Shown here piece by piece: positions 1 to 31,813 of a stretch of DNA of 64,000 nt. Under the pieces are notes generated by a model. That model saw nothing but the letters and a program-made list of their open reading frames with translations. It was not told where the DNA came from and searched no databases. Made by a program: the position numbers and the translations under genes. The DNA is from Nitrospirales bacterium (lineage in GTDB: Bacteria; Nitrospirota; Nitrospiria; Nitrospirales; UBA8639), in NCBI GenBank assembly GCA_965203295.1, contig CBDBCZ010000007.1, forward strand, positions 1 to 64,000. The letters run 5' to 3'. Position 1 is the stretch's first letter, and each line of letters starts with the position of its first letter.

Positions 1-732
1 AACGCCCACCTTTGATCGTGCCAGCTGTCCGGGCCTGAGCTGCATCTTCTGGGCGTAAGTCACACGAAATCACACGAAAATTTAGCTATAATACACTTAC
101 TCACAAGGCTGATTATATGTTGGTTGGCCCTAGTCCAAACGGCTTCTGGCCAGAGGTACTGTTTAAGAGTTGTAAGTTGTCCGCAACAAATTTGCCTTGT
201 TCTCTGGGCCTTTCTGTTTGCCTTTGTTATGTATCATTAGCCACTTTTGTCTATGAATACTAGCACAAGCAGAAAAGCCTTGGAAAGGAGGTTTATCGCA
301 TCCGGACAACCCCTACCATCCGGAGGCCCCCTCGCTTACTCTATTGGAGGGGGCAGTCAGCTATTCATCTTTGTGACATTAGAAAATGCAATACATATAA
401 TTGTCCTCGGAGCTAATTCATATAGAGTACGGTACTAGCTACTCCATAATAAATGCTAGGGCAGCTCCCCTTGCTAGCTGTAATGCCGACCTTGACAAGA
501 AAAGGGCAACCTCACATGCCAGTTACATAGCTGATCCTGACAGAGACCTTTCCCCCCATGCACATGCAGACGAAGGCCTTCTTGGTGCTGACTGGGGTAC
601 AAATCGAAACCTATACTACATGCAATCATCCTCAAACACATTCCATCCCAACACTATCCCTACACCATACACAGTTACACCAACACATTTGTTACTACCT
701 CCCAAAAAACACCCCAAAACAAGTTACAGAAA

Positions 733-1731
733 AAGCACTTTGCCAAAAAGTGCAAAAACAAGTTATGTAGGGATGCACTTCCACCAAAAAACACTTCCCC
801 AAAAACCAATGAAACAAGCAACAATGCACACCACAATGCATGCACAGACTACCCACATTGTGCAATGCATTTACCGCGTAGCTACCATCCCTACATCTTT
901 CCAACCACACCCACCACAATCTGTACCATGCCCCCATACTCAACAGCACACCGAATACTTCCTCTAACACACACAACCATCCACAATCATCATCAACCAT
1001 GACACCTCATCTCCATCCAACAACCACCCTTACTTCTTATATCCACAATCATCACATACTTTACCACCCTACACTACAACCAACCCAAACCTTCACAGGA
1101 GCACTACTCTCATCAAAATGCACTTCTCTCCACCATTCACAAGCACAATTGAGCCGAGCAATTCCTCACAACACCACACTGCCACCTACACACACAACTA
1201 ACACAACCCACATCAACCACCATACAACGCACTCAACAAAGTTTCTACACTTTACCAAACACACCCACATTGACCTCCCCTACAAAGAACCTGCACACAC
1301 AAGCATCTCACAACACACTCACAAACTTCATAACACTAGTACTCCACCTGGCATAACCAAACACCCCCCAAGTCCCTATACAAACACCATAATATATGAC
1401 TCCATCCTCAATGACTCACTAGTCCACATTCTACAGTTTCAGCTACCTTCCACAACCACCACATGCTCAGTCATTAGCATTGAGCAATACGCACACACCA
1501 AATTACACTACCACTCTTCACATCTCACATATACGTATACATGGTTGTGGTGGGTGTGGTTGGAAAGATGTAGGGATGGTAGCTACGCGGTAAATGCATT
1601 GCACAATGTGGGTAGTCTGTGCATGCATTGTGGTGTGCATTGTTGCTTGTTTCATTGGTTTTTGGGGAAGTGTTTTTTGGTGGAAGTGCATCCCTACATA
1701 ACTTGTTTTTGCACTTTTTGGCAAAGTGCTT
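733..1731. repeat. Inverted duplication: 187-bp arms (733-919 and 1545-1731) with a 625-bp CA-rich spacer
   Basis: aagcactttgcc...ccaccacaa at 733-919 is the reverse complement of ttgtggtggg...ggcaaagtgctt at 1545-1731. The ORF track shows identical peptides on opposite strands. Confidence 0.95.
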
Positions 1732-2535
1732 GACTATAGCGTCACAGTACTACATGTTTATAGTAGTGCTTGTACTAAAACAGGCATACTAGTCCAGCTG
1801 TTGGTGGTACAACTGCCTAATAATTGGCTGATAGTGCACGGACGATTTAATTTTTCACACAAGCATGCTACGGCTACATATTTACAGCTCAGTATATGGA
1901 AGACTTATTAAAGTAGCTCGCAAAATATAGCCGTACTGAGTGCTCAGTAGATAGCTTTGTTGGTAAACTGGAGGTCAAAATTTCTACTCACAAGTATTAA
2001 ACCGTGCAGCACAAACGGAACCTAGTCTGCCCAAAAATCCCTTAAAGGATAAAAGGGCACCTTTCGCTGGCTCACCAATTCTCCTTCTTGTCTCAGGAAA
2101 CCAGAGTACGACGCAGATAACAAGCAGTTCTGTCAGACCGTCGTGTTGCACTGTCGTGTTGTTTTATGGTTACTTTACTGGGATAGGATATGGGCGTGAC
2201 TTAGTCTCGTGCTCAGACTGATGACGTCACTTAGTGCGTATGAGCATCTGGGAACGAGACGTAGACTTAAGCAGCCTAGCCGTACCTGTCCGTGATCCAG
2301 ATCAGACTACCCAACGCGACGCGTCATGCGCGTGCGATCAGCATGTCCTTAAGGCCTTAACTCCTCCCCCGCGGCCCGGTACCTAGCTCGCTGAAAGGTG
2401 GGGCTAGCCCAGCGAGTGTCTAGAGGGTGCGTAACCAGCTTCGCTTCTTGCCCAGACCTTGCTCCACCCCATGGTCTGGGTACGAGAAGAAGATTATGTA
2501 GCTGCTTGCGTTCTGACGAGACTTATGCATGCGCT

Positions 2536-2585
2536 TAGTCTCGCGGGCCAGACGATTAAAGTTAATCGTCTGGCCCGCGAGACTA
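2536..2585. mobile_element. 50-bp hairpin MITE with Academ-type TAGTCTCG...CGAGACTA ends
   Basis: tagtctcgcgggccagacgattaa-ag-ttaatcgtctggcccgcgagacta is a perfect palindrome. Flanks tgcatgcgct/tacatgcgcg are similar. Confidence 0.7.
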
Positions 2586-2976
2586 TACATGCGCGTGACT
2601 AGACAGAACTTCGCTTCCCCAAGGAAAATGGCGCTTGGAGACCATGGATAAAAATTAATATTGACAAGACTAGTAGACAGAGCTAGCTCAGCTTCGCGTC
2701 AGACTGCCCGGGCACGAGACCATACAAGGCGTGCGCGTGACTAGACAGTACAAGTGCGTGAGCAGTATTGCATACGTAATTTCATTACTATCAGCCACAT
2801 AAAAGGGGATTCACCAGGTGACAGGTCATAGTACGCGCTTGGCACTCGTGATTGACCACAAGCCTAACGGTATTATATTATTATTATCCTACATCCGAAA
2901 AAGAAATATCGAGGCTGTTGACAACTTCTCAGTGCTCTGAAATAAGAGAGAAGGCGGAAGAGAACAAGATCTAGCC

Positions 2977-23608
<20,632 letters not shown>

Positions 23609-24632
23609 ACCGTATCATTTCAACAGGCATGTATCCAGCAGGTGTAGTCAACACTGTCATCCCCTTTGGGAAAATATATAGCATTGTATGCATTTCTATA
23701 CTGTCATACCCAGCTAACAACTTTATGGTATAATTTGGTAATAATGGTATAGCTATGTAGTATGAAACTGAGGGAAGGCCTATAGCTATATTATACCAAG
23801 TGGCAGGCTCACTATAGCCATACCTGAGTGGCTAATAATTGTACAGAATATGGCGCAGCTCGGGCCAGTAAGCAAGTTTTTATCTCAGTGATGCATACAC
23901 GTTTCAGTCCGAACTGCAATGAGCCTTCATCAGGTGTGAAGGTCCAGCTCATAATATTATACAATGTAGATTATGAGCTTGACTTTCACACCTGTTGACA
24001 TTGTACGTATGTATGTTTTACTGGCATAAAAACATCTTTTTTTTTTGGTAATATTATGATTGTACAATGCATGTTAGCCTCATTCCCAGGCCTCCACACA
24101 GCTTTTGTCGCTTGCATGCAAGGGAACAAGGCTATGTACATGTAGCACCGGCAGTTCATATAGCAGCTGTATTCCCTCCAACTGGTGTATGCGTATATGG
24201 AACAGTTCAGGTGCATGTATGAGGGCTGAGAAGCATAATTGTAATTATAGAGGGTTATCCCAGAACTTGCACATATACATAAACCATTGAGCGAGAATAC
24301 TTGAGAAATGAGGCTGTACGTACATGTAGCGTAGTAGTTGCAGGTGCACAGGCATGCATCGATAGAGAAAAGAATTACATGCATAATTGTAGCATCAGTG
24401 CATTACACACATCACTTGAATTTTGTAACATGATTTGCATTACGTACCTGGGTCTGGGAGTGTAGTGATATACTACATACATGTACGCCTGCTCATTCTT
24501 AAGATATAATTTTATGCTGACACATCTCTGCAGCTGCTTACCCGTAATCTTCACACTTGGGTGTACAGTTCACACAAATAAAGTATAATAATATTATACC
24601 ATAAACAGCTTGAGTAAAGATGATACAGCAGC

Positions 24633-26662
24633 TTACAATTCTGTCTCTACTTTTATTGAAAGTTCTGCGCTGTTTAGCAGTTCTGATTCTGGTTTCCAGT
24701 CAGCAGCTTCATGCTTAGCATAGAGTGAAGACACAACTAAAGCAAACTTCTCCTCGTCACTGAGTCTGTTCCAGCTGCTCCTCCTCTCTGGGATCTGCAG
24801 CTTCAATGCTATTCTCTCGATGGCTTTGCTCAAGGAGAATGGATTCGGATGTAGAATGATACTGTAAGTCAGAAGAGCGACTATGAGTATGCCAGTGCCT
24901 TGGTAGATGGTGTATATCGTGGTCGGCGAGCTCTCCAGACTTTTCCTGATTGGAAGCGTCAGGAACAAGATAGTCACGACGGCTTCGTAGAAAATTATCA
25001 GCGGGCCCATGAACATGAGTCCGATTACCACCACTTGTGTGTTGAAGCATGGTTTACTGGGTGGCGAGTTTGGGTTAGTAGATTTGCGGTCAGTGGGTGG
25101 CATAATGGCCATCTCTTGTTCCGTCTGTGTCTTGCTTGGACGAAGAGCTACGCGTGCATAAAATTGTCTGAAAATGAAGTACATGATGAGGAAGGAGATG
25201 AAGTAGGCTATGGCTATTGATCCAGCGTGAATGGCATCCGAAATCCAAGCCAGTGCTATGTAATGGAAATGGTTTGCTACGCACAGCAATGGGGCGAACA
25301 TGGTCGTACACATCAGCTTCTTAATTTTCTCCGAACTACCAGCTTTGCACTCGTGCTGCTGATTTTTCCACCTCAACCACATGTGCTTGCAGTCCCAGTG
25401 GCAGCTAATAACGAGCACTATTATCACCCATACAAACGCAACAGTATCAATCACTAGTCCGGTTAAGACACTAAGGTAGAATGCAGCATTGCGGTCGTAG
25501 GTAATAAAGTCGCCCTTGATGGTGAACATAAAGCCCAGCCAATCCAACATGAATACAAACATGGTGAACATGACCGATATCTGAATGAGTGCTGCGATGG
25601 TGGGATGGTTGTGATGGTCTTCCAGTTTCTGCCAAGTCTTGTCTCCCAAGAGAAGCTGGATCGGGTCGCAGACGTAGAGCAATATGGAGGAACAAACCGG
25701 AAAGAGGACAAAGAAGAGGTGTAGCCACACATTGGCAAACCCATTAGCGATGGAATCAGACTGCACATCCTCTATGCTCGCAGCAACTGCTATATAGTCG
25801 TCGTTGATCCTGGCGGGTATGGAGACCTCGGCAACCGTTGGCGATCGAGAGTAGAGCTTTAGCTGCAAAAGGGGTATACACATATTATACTCATCATGCT
25901 GATAGTAAGCAGCAATTATTATTTTGACCGGCTTAGCGACAACCCAGCACATTCACAGTCATGTACACTACGCTCAATCTATGTAAATGACACGTGGGTG
26001 GTTTTAATAGGAGGCGTTGACATAGCAATGACCCTGGTTGTATAGATAATCATTGTGATAGTTTGCAAAACTGAACTGAAGTGCCAGGTTATCCCTCAGC
26101 AGGTCACAAAGGTAACATTGTGATAGCAAAGATTGTTATTAAGCCATGCAAATTTCTAGAGTTTCTAGAGTCCGTAAGATCCTCTGTGTTACCATGTGTC
26201 ATGAGCAACCATATATAGAGACCGCTAGCCTGAGAGCTAGAGTGCACTTACTCTCTGGGTTAGCATTTCCATTAGATCATGGCTTGCGCCCACGCATTGG
26301 GCATCCAGCTGTAGCTCCACTGTACTCTGACGGTAGGCCATGTTAGCAAACAGCAGTGACGTGAACTGGAAGATCTCCAGTGGCTGTATCAAATAGAACT
26401 CGGACTCTGACCAGTACCACACGGACGACTCGTTGGTGGCATTATTAAAAGTGTAAGTCACGGTCACAAAAATGGGCCTTGCCTCCTTAGGAGGGAAGAA
26501 TGCCTTCAGGAGATTAAATCTGTTCTCTGAGTTTGAGAGTAAGCTGTCTTCGAGAACAGCGTAGCTCTTGGAGCACGTTTGTGAGTCAGCTGTGGCTGGT
26601 TTCATCCGTAAGAGCAGTAGTAGAAATAGTAGGAACGGCAGCCACCTACTTAGTACAGCCAT
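24633..26662 (-). CDS. Uncharacterised membrane protein: signal peptide, extracellular domain and ~7 TM helices, 2 coding exons, ~546 aa
   Basis: Exon 26662-26252 (MAVLSRWLPFLLFLLLLLRM...MLTQR|gtaagt) splices in phase 0 to exon 25862-24633 (ttttgcag|LKLYSR...KVETEL*). Seven long hydrophobic segments. Confidence 0.85.
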
Positions 26663-28718
26663 TTCATTCTGTAAATGGGAGATGGTATAGGATTATAAAC
26701 ATCTTAAAGCCCATTACCGTTACTTTACTCATTATTATAGACACACCTCTAGGCTATGAAGGGTAGGCTACAGTGAATTTAGGTACATGTATACACACTC
26801 AATTCTTTGGTTTGGGTCTCAATGTTATTGTCGGGTTTAGTAATCATTTAACCTTCGAAATCGCAAGACAATAAAATATCTAACTGACGAACAGAACCAA
26901 TTCCCTGCCACATAACAGCAAAAGCAGCTTGTGCTATATGTATACAATATCAAGGAATTAGGCAGAAGGTTCGCTGACTGAGTGCTCCCCTTTAGGGTAG
27001 TTACCTACACGTCATAGCCTTCGCTGTACACAATCGCCAAATTTAAATTTCGCCAATATTTAATTTTAGCCGTTTTTGGCGATTTCACCAAATTTAATTC
27101 TCGCCAAATTTTCCGGCTATACGGTAAGGAGGAATTACAAGAATTTGTCTGAAGTCAGTTGTTTTTGTATAGCTTCTCCTTAATTGCTGTTATCATAGCA
27201 GCAGCCCTAGTTCTGTCCATAACAGATGCACTATCCCCATGATCAAAGCCCTAGTTCTGTCCATAACAGATGCACTATCCCCATAATCAAAGCATGATAC
27301 AACTACTACACAATCTATCCAGCTATGTGCACTTATAGGGATGAAGGAGAAGTCAGATAATATTTACATTCCTTGAGCAGTTAACACAATTAAATACTGG
27401 TACATACAGGTGTACTGTGTAACAGTTCCTCCCAAATACCAGAGTGCCAAATACCACAGGTCCACAGGTTGGAGGAAGCGTACAGGATGTGGCATGGCAT
27501 AAGTTCCTTAAACTCAGGAACAAGTGATAAAGACAAGGCATTGAATCTTGTCACTGTCGTCCTCTTAGTCCCAGACACACTGATCACTCAGGAAAGCTCA
27601 GCGGATCAATGGATGACATTCAATATGACATCCAGGCTAGCTAGACTGTTACAGTAGTACATGTATTGGGTATTAGCCAATCAGTAGATGAAGTCTCTTG
27701 TCGCCGAGTCCAATGGGCCTTCATCAAGTACATACAATCATACAACATGGCAAATACTCAGTGTGACTCAGTGCGTCTCCCAATAGACCGAAGCAAGTTC
27801 ATGATTTCCACGACGACCATGCAGAGACTGCAAATTTTCTTCACATGGCTATCAACTACTTGCAAATATATTCTCTACCATGAGATTGAAACTGTAGCAG
27901 GGACTGCTCCCTTTCATCAGCCAATCAGTAGAGTAGAGAGAGCTTAAAGCAGATCATACATGTACCATGGCTAGGCATTTCAGGTTTAAAACGCAAGCTG
28001 TAGTATAATTTGACCAATGACGTACGAAATTATGTAAATCTTTGGTAGTTATGTGCTTATATTTAATTAGTCATCGTCACAGCTTAGCTTTTCAATCTCA
28101 GATCCCCAACACTGACTGCAGGTTGTATAAACAAAGACTGGTACAGTAGAATCATTACCACCACACCTCACCACATAAGGGATCAACTGGGATAGCTAAA
28201 TGGCACCACAAGATATAAGGCCCGCAAATACAAACCCTGGCCCTAACCCAACCCTAATTATTCTCGTATGGGTAGCTCTAATTAGCGCGGTCGTTTATCC
28301 AGTTGGGTATCAGTTTGCTATGTCAAGTCCTGTCCATACGAAACACTGGTCGGTGGCCATAATTATATATATCTTTGTTATATATATATATATATATATC
28401 TTTGTTTACTGACGGGGCCTTTTTTGGGAGCACAGATTTTCAACAATGCGGAGTAAAGTTATCCGGCACAACCATAACGTGATTTATATACATCAGATAC
28501 TCAACTTACAAATACTCCCATATCAACTGGGAGTCCGGAATACTTGCCACCTTGATCAGGGCCAAACGTCTACTCAGTACTAGTCTAGTGTTCGCAGGGA
28601 GAGGTGTGGTCTGGGCATGCACGAGAGATCTCGAGACTACATGCATAATAAACTAGGATCACGTGCCACCGTTTTCGGTGGGCGGAACGTGATCTCGGGT
28701 GACTAGGCTAGCTCAGAG

Positions 28719-29520
28719 TAGTCTCGTGCCCAGCCGGAAATTTCACGGAAAGTCCGTCTGGCAACATTAGGTAAACTGTTGGGGTTTCAATCAGATTTTC
28801 TCACATTCGCGGTAGAATTTAACCGCGGCCCGCGCTAACCAATGAGATCGCTCTTTATCTAATCGTAGGCTAATTTCTGTCTGGGAGCTATGGCCGTTCC
28901 CAATAGAGTTTTAGTTCTTCGACTCCATCGAGATTTTGAAGAGCCTAATGTTTATATAGCCATTCTAGAAGCGTTCCAGAAGCTTGGATACGACCGTCCA
29001 ACTCACTGCTGTGCAAAATTTCGTGGTGGGACACGATATTTTCATCATGCTACAGACGGGGAGTGGCAAGTCATTGCGCTATGCTACTCTACCCTACGTT
29101 TTCGACAGCTTTGCGGAGATCTGTTGTATTGGCCTTGGCTGTCTGGCTCCAGTTTGCCAAAGCATGACTTTCTGCAGGGTAATAACTGTATCCAACAAAG
29201 GATTCAAGTGTGCGATGTAAAAATCACGAACCGCTCTAGTGCTATCAGACGACAGTGGTTGAGCCTTGAATACCCTTACCGCATAAGACACAAATCACCA
29301 TAGCCCTGACTCGCTCGTAGTATACTGTGCCGCAGTATTATAGTACTAATAGCGTACACCAATCTAGCCTGTTTACTAATTACACCTCCACGTGGCTTCC
29401 ATTTAGCACCCACTGACACTATAATTGCATTCCATTAGTGTCCGCATAGCCCCAACAGTCTACGTAATGTTGCCAGACGGATCGGACTTTCCGTGAAATT
29501 TCCGGCTGGGCACGAGACTA
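28719..29520 (+). mobile_element. Non-autonomous AcademH-like DNA transposon carrying a RecQ-helicase fragment
   Basis: ~51-bp TIRs tagtctcgtgcccagccggaaatttcacggaaagtccg...; exact 9-bp TSD agctcagag (28710-28718 and 29521-29529). Frameshifted LEAFQKLGYDRPT/AVQNFVVGHDIFIMLQTGSGKSLRYATLPYVFD at ~28960-29105 is the RecQ motif I region. Confidence 0.85.
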
Positions 29521-30074
29521 AGCTCAGAGGTACTAAAGCGTATGCGGATGTAAACGGAATTCCGTCTACGTACGCTTATGCGATGATGTCATGGCTAGCT
29601 ACGGCCGGGCTAGGCGAATTTTTTTTTTGGACGTACTTTCGACTTAGTCTCTGGAGCACAATTCTGATTTGCACATCTGCGCGCGCGCAAATTGGGTATC
29701 GACCTTTGACCTTCTGCACGTGTAATTTTTTCCCCGGGAAACTACAAGCTACGTATGCTATATAGCTGGCTTGCTGGTCTGAAGTCCTCAGTCCTCAGTG
29801 AAGTGTACATAAGAAACTACGTGTAGCAGTGTAAAGTAGATCATAACTTTGAAGCTAGCGCTCATGCTACTTATATAACCCATGATGGCTGCGCTGACCA
29901 CAGGCTAGTCTCGCGGGCCAGGGGATCAAGTTCTAGCCTCATACCAAGGCCTCTATACCACTGTGAGTGGAGAAGAGTGGACACTGGTAACAAGGCCACT
30001 GGGCTTTAGCTTCTCAGTAATGACAGTGCCATACTAATGTATACACATGTTTGCAACATGATTTGTACAGCAAT

Positions 30075-31813
30075 ATGGATGGCAACGCCGATATCATAGA
30101 GGTCTTGGATGAAAGTGGCAGAGGTGGAGTGAGAACAAATGCAGGACCCACTCTAACAGAACAAGACTGGCAATGCCTGTGCAGAGGACAATGGTTAAAT
30201 GACAATGTGAGTACAGCTTGCATTACATACTACAGTAATACCAGCTCTATAATTTGGTTCTATACTCACTGGTAACATGACTCAGTTTCCTCTTCCACTT
30301 CTACTTTTATACATAGGTCATAACAGCATATCTGCAAATGATCAAGAGAGATGTACCGATGGTGAGCTCAAATTTGACTTTCAAGGTAGTGCTACGGACT
30401 ATACACTTATCCACACAGGTAGTGGAAGTAATCAGCAGCCAAGTTACCACGAAGATGCTTAAAGAAGGTGTTGACAGTGTTGTGGGATACTACCGTAAGG
30501 TACATGTAACCAACTGCTACATATAATGCTACCCAGAAAAAGGTGGGAAAGGGGACAGGATACAACAGGTTTCAAGGAATGGTCAGGGAATAAAACGATC
30601 CTTGGATGAAAACTAAGAAACACATGTACCTCTCTACTTTCAGTTACTGTGAAGTTTAACAAATTACAGCCAAACAAACTATAATGGATGGAATATAAAC
30701 CTTTTTTACTCAGGTGCAACTTCTCAAAGCGAACAAACTCTTGATTGTCTTTAACCACCTTGACTGCCATTGGACATTGATGGTAACTGTGACAACTATG
30801 CATGGACAAGCCTACATGCTATTTACATACATGTACTGATTTTATTATACGTGTAGGTTGTTGACTTGAAAGCAGAGACAATGAAGTATTTTGACTCCTT
30901 TTCACCGGCATCTTCACCTTACTTCCAAGTTGTACGGTAGGTGAGCATTTCCTGTAGCACCTACACGTAACCGAGATATACTTACATGAAGAGTTGTTTA
31001 CTGCATGTTGACACATATGTGGTAAACTGTACCTCCTAAAAGTATTGATTACCTTTCAGAAATTTTCTTGAAAAGAGAGCAGAAAAGGAAGGCAGAACGA
31101 TTGATTTCAATCATTGGATCTTTACTGTGGAAAGGGTGAGGAACATATACATGCACCAAAATTGTAATTGTGCATGCATGTGGTTGCATTTTGTATAATT
31201 ATTACATACGTACACTTTTCTGCAGGATATACCCCAGCAATACAACTCCAGTGACTGTGGTGTTTTTGTTCTTCAGGTAGTTGCATGCCACTTTAGTATA
31301 CAGTGATCTGTTCTAATAAATTCATTATGCCATTGTTTAGTATGCCAAATGCTGTGTTTTGGATCTCCCCATGACTTTCTCCCAGGTAAACCCAACAATT
31401 ATATGTGACAGTCCTGGGTAGAAAACTGTTAGTCCCTCATATAATTATGTTGATCATGTCACTGTGTTCAAAGTGCAGGATCTGTGAACTTCTGTTAAGG
31501 GTGGGGTTTTTTATGCAATGCGTGGCTGCATTGTTACTTGCAATTTCATTTACACAGAAGTTCAGAGATACAGCTAGTGCTGTGAATGCGGTGACACAAT
31601 CAAATATTATAATGCAACAGTTGATTTCTATATGGGATTGCCACATATCACTAAATATATATACATGACAAAATTTACTGTACCTTATTATAGGCTGATA
31701 TGCCCTCAATTCGAAAAAGTGTATCAAGAGAGCTGAAGAGAGGTGCTCTGAATACATCACAAGATATCAGTTCTATAGCCACAACCATGAGCATGCTACA
31801 ATTTCGTCAGTAA
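30075..31813 (+). CDS. Ulp1/SENP-family (peptidase C48) cysteine protease, 9 exons, inside the MULE
   Basis: Exons 30075-30206, 30317-30361, 30419-30499, 30714-30782, 30857-30936, 31060-31135, 31226-31276, 31341-31385, 31694-31813. Motifs: QWLNDNVITAYL, NHLDCHWTLMVVD (His), KYFDS (Asp), PQQYNSSDCGVFVLQY (Gln/Cys), FSQADMPSIRK. Start codon uncertain. Confidence 0.88.

Noticed and set aside
401..1733. His/Thr-rich ORFs of 188 and 244 aa
   Set aside because: Explained by C/A compositional skew; no recognisable domain or splice structure.
28984..29220. Host RecQ helicase gene
   Set aside because: Only the motif I region is present, frameshifted and enclosed by TIRs and a TSD.
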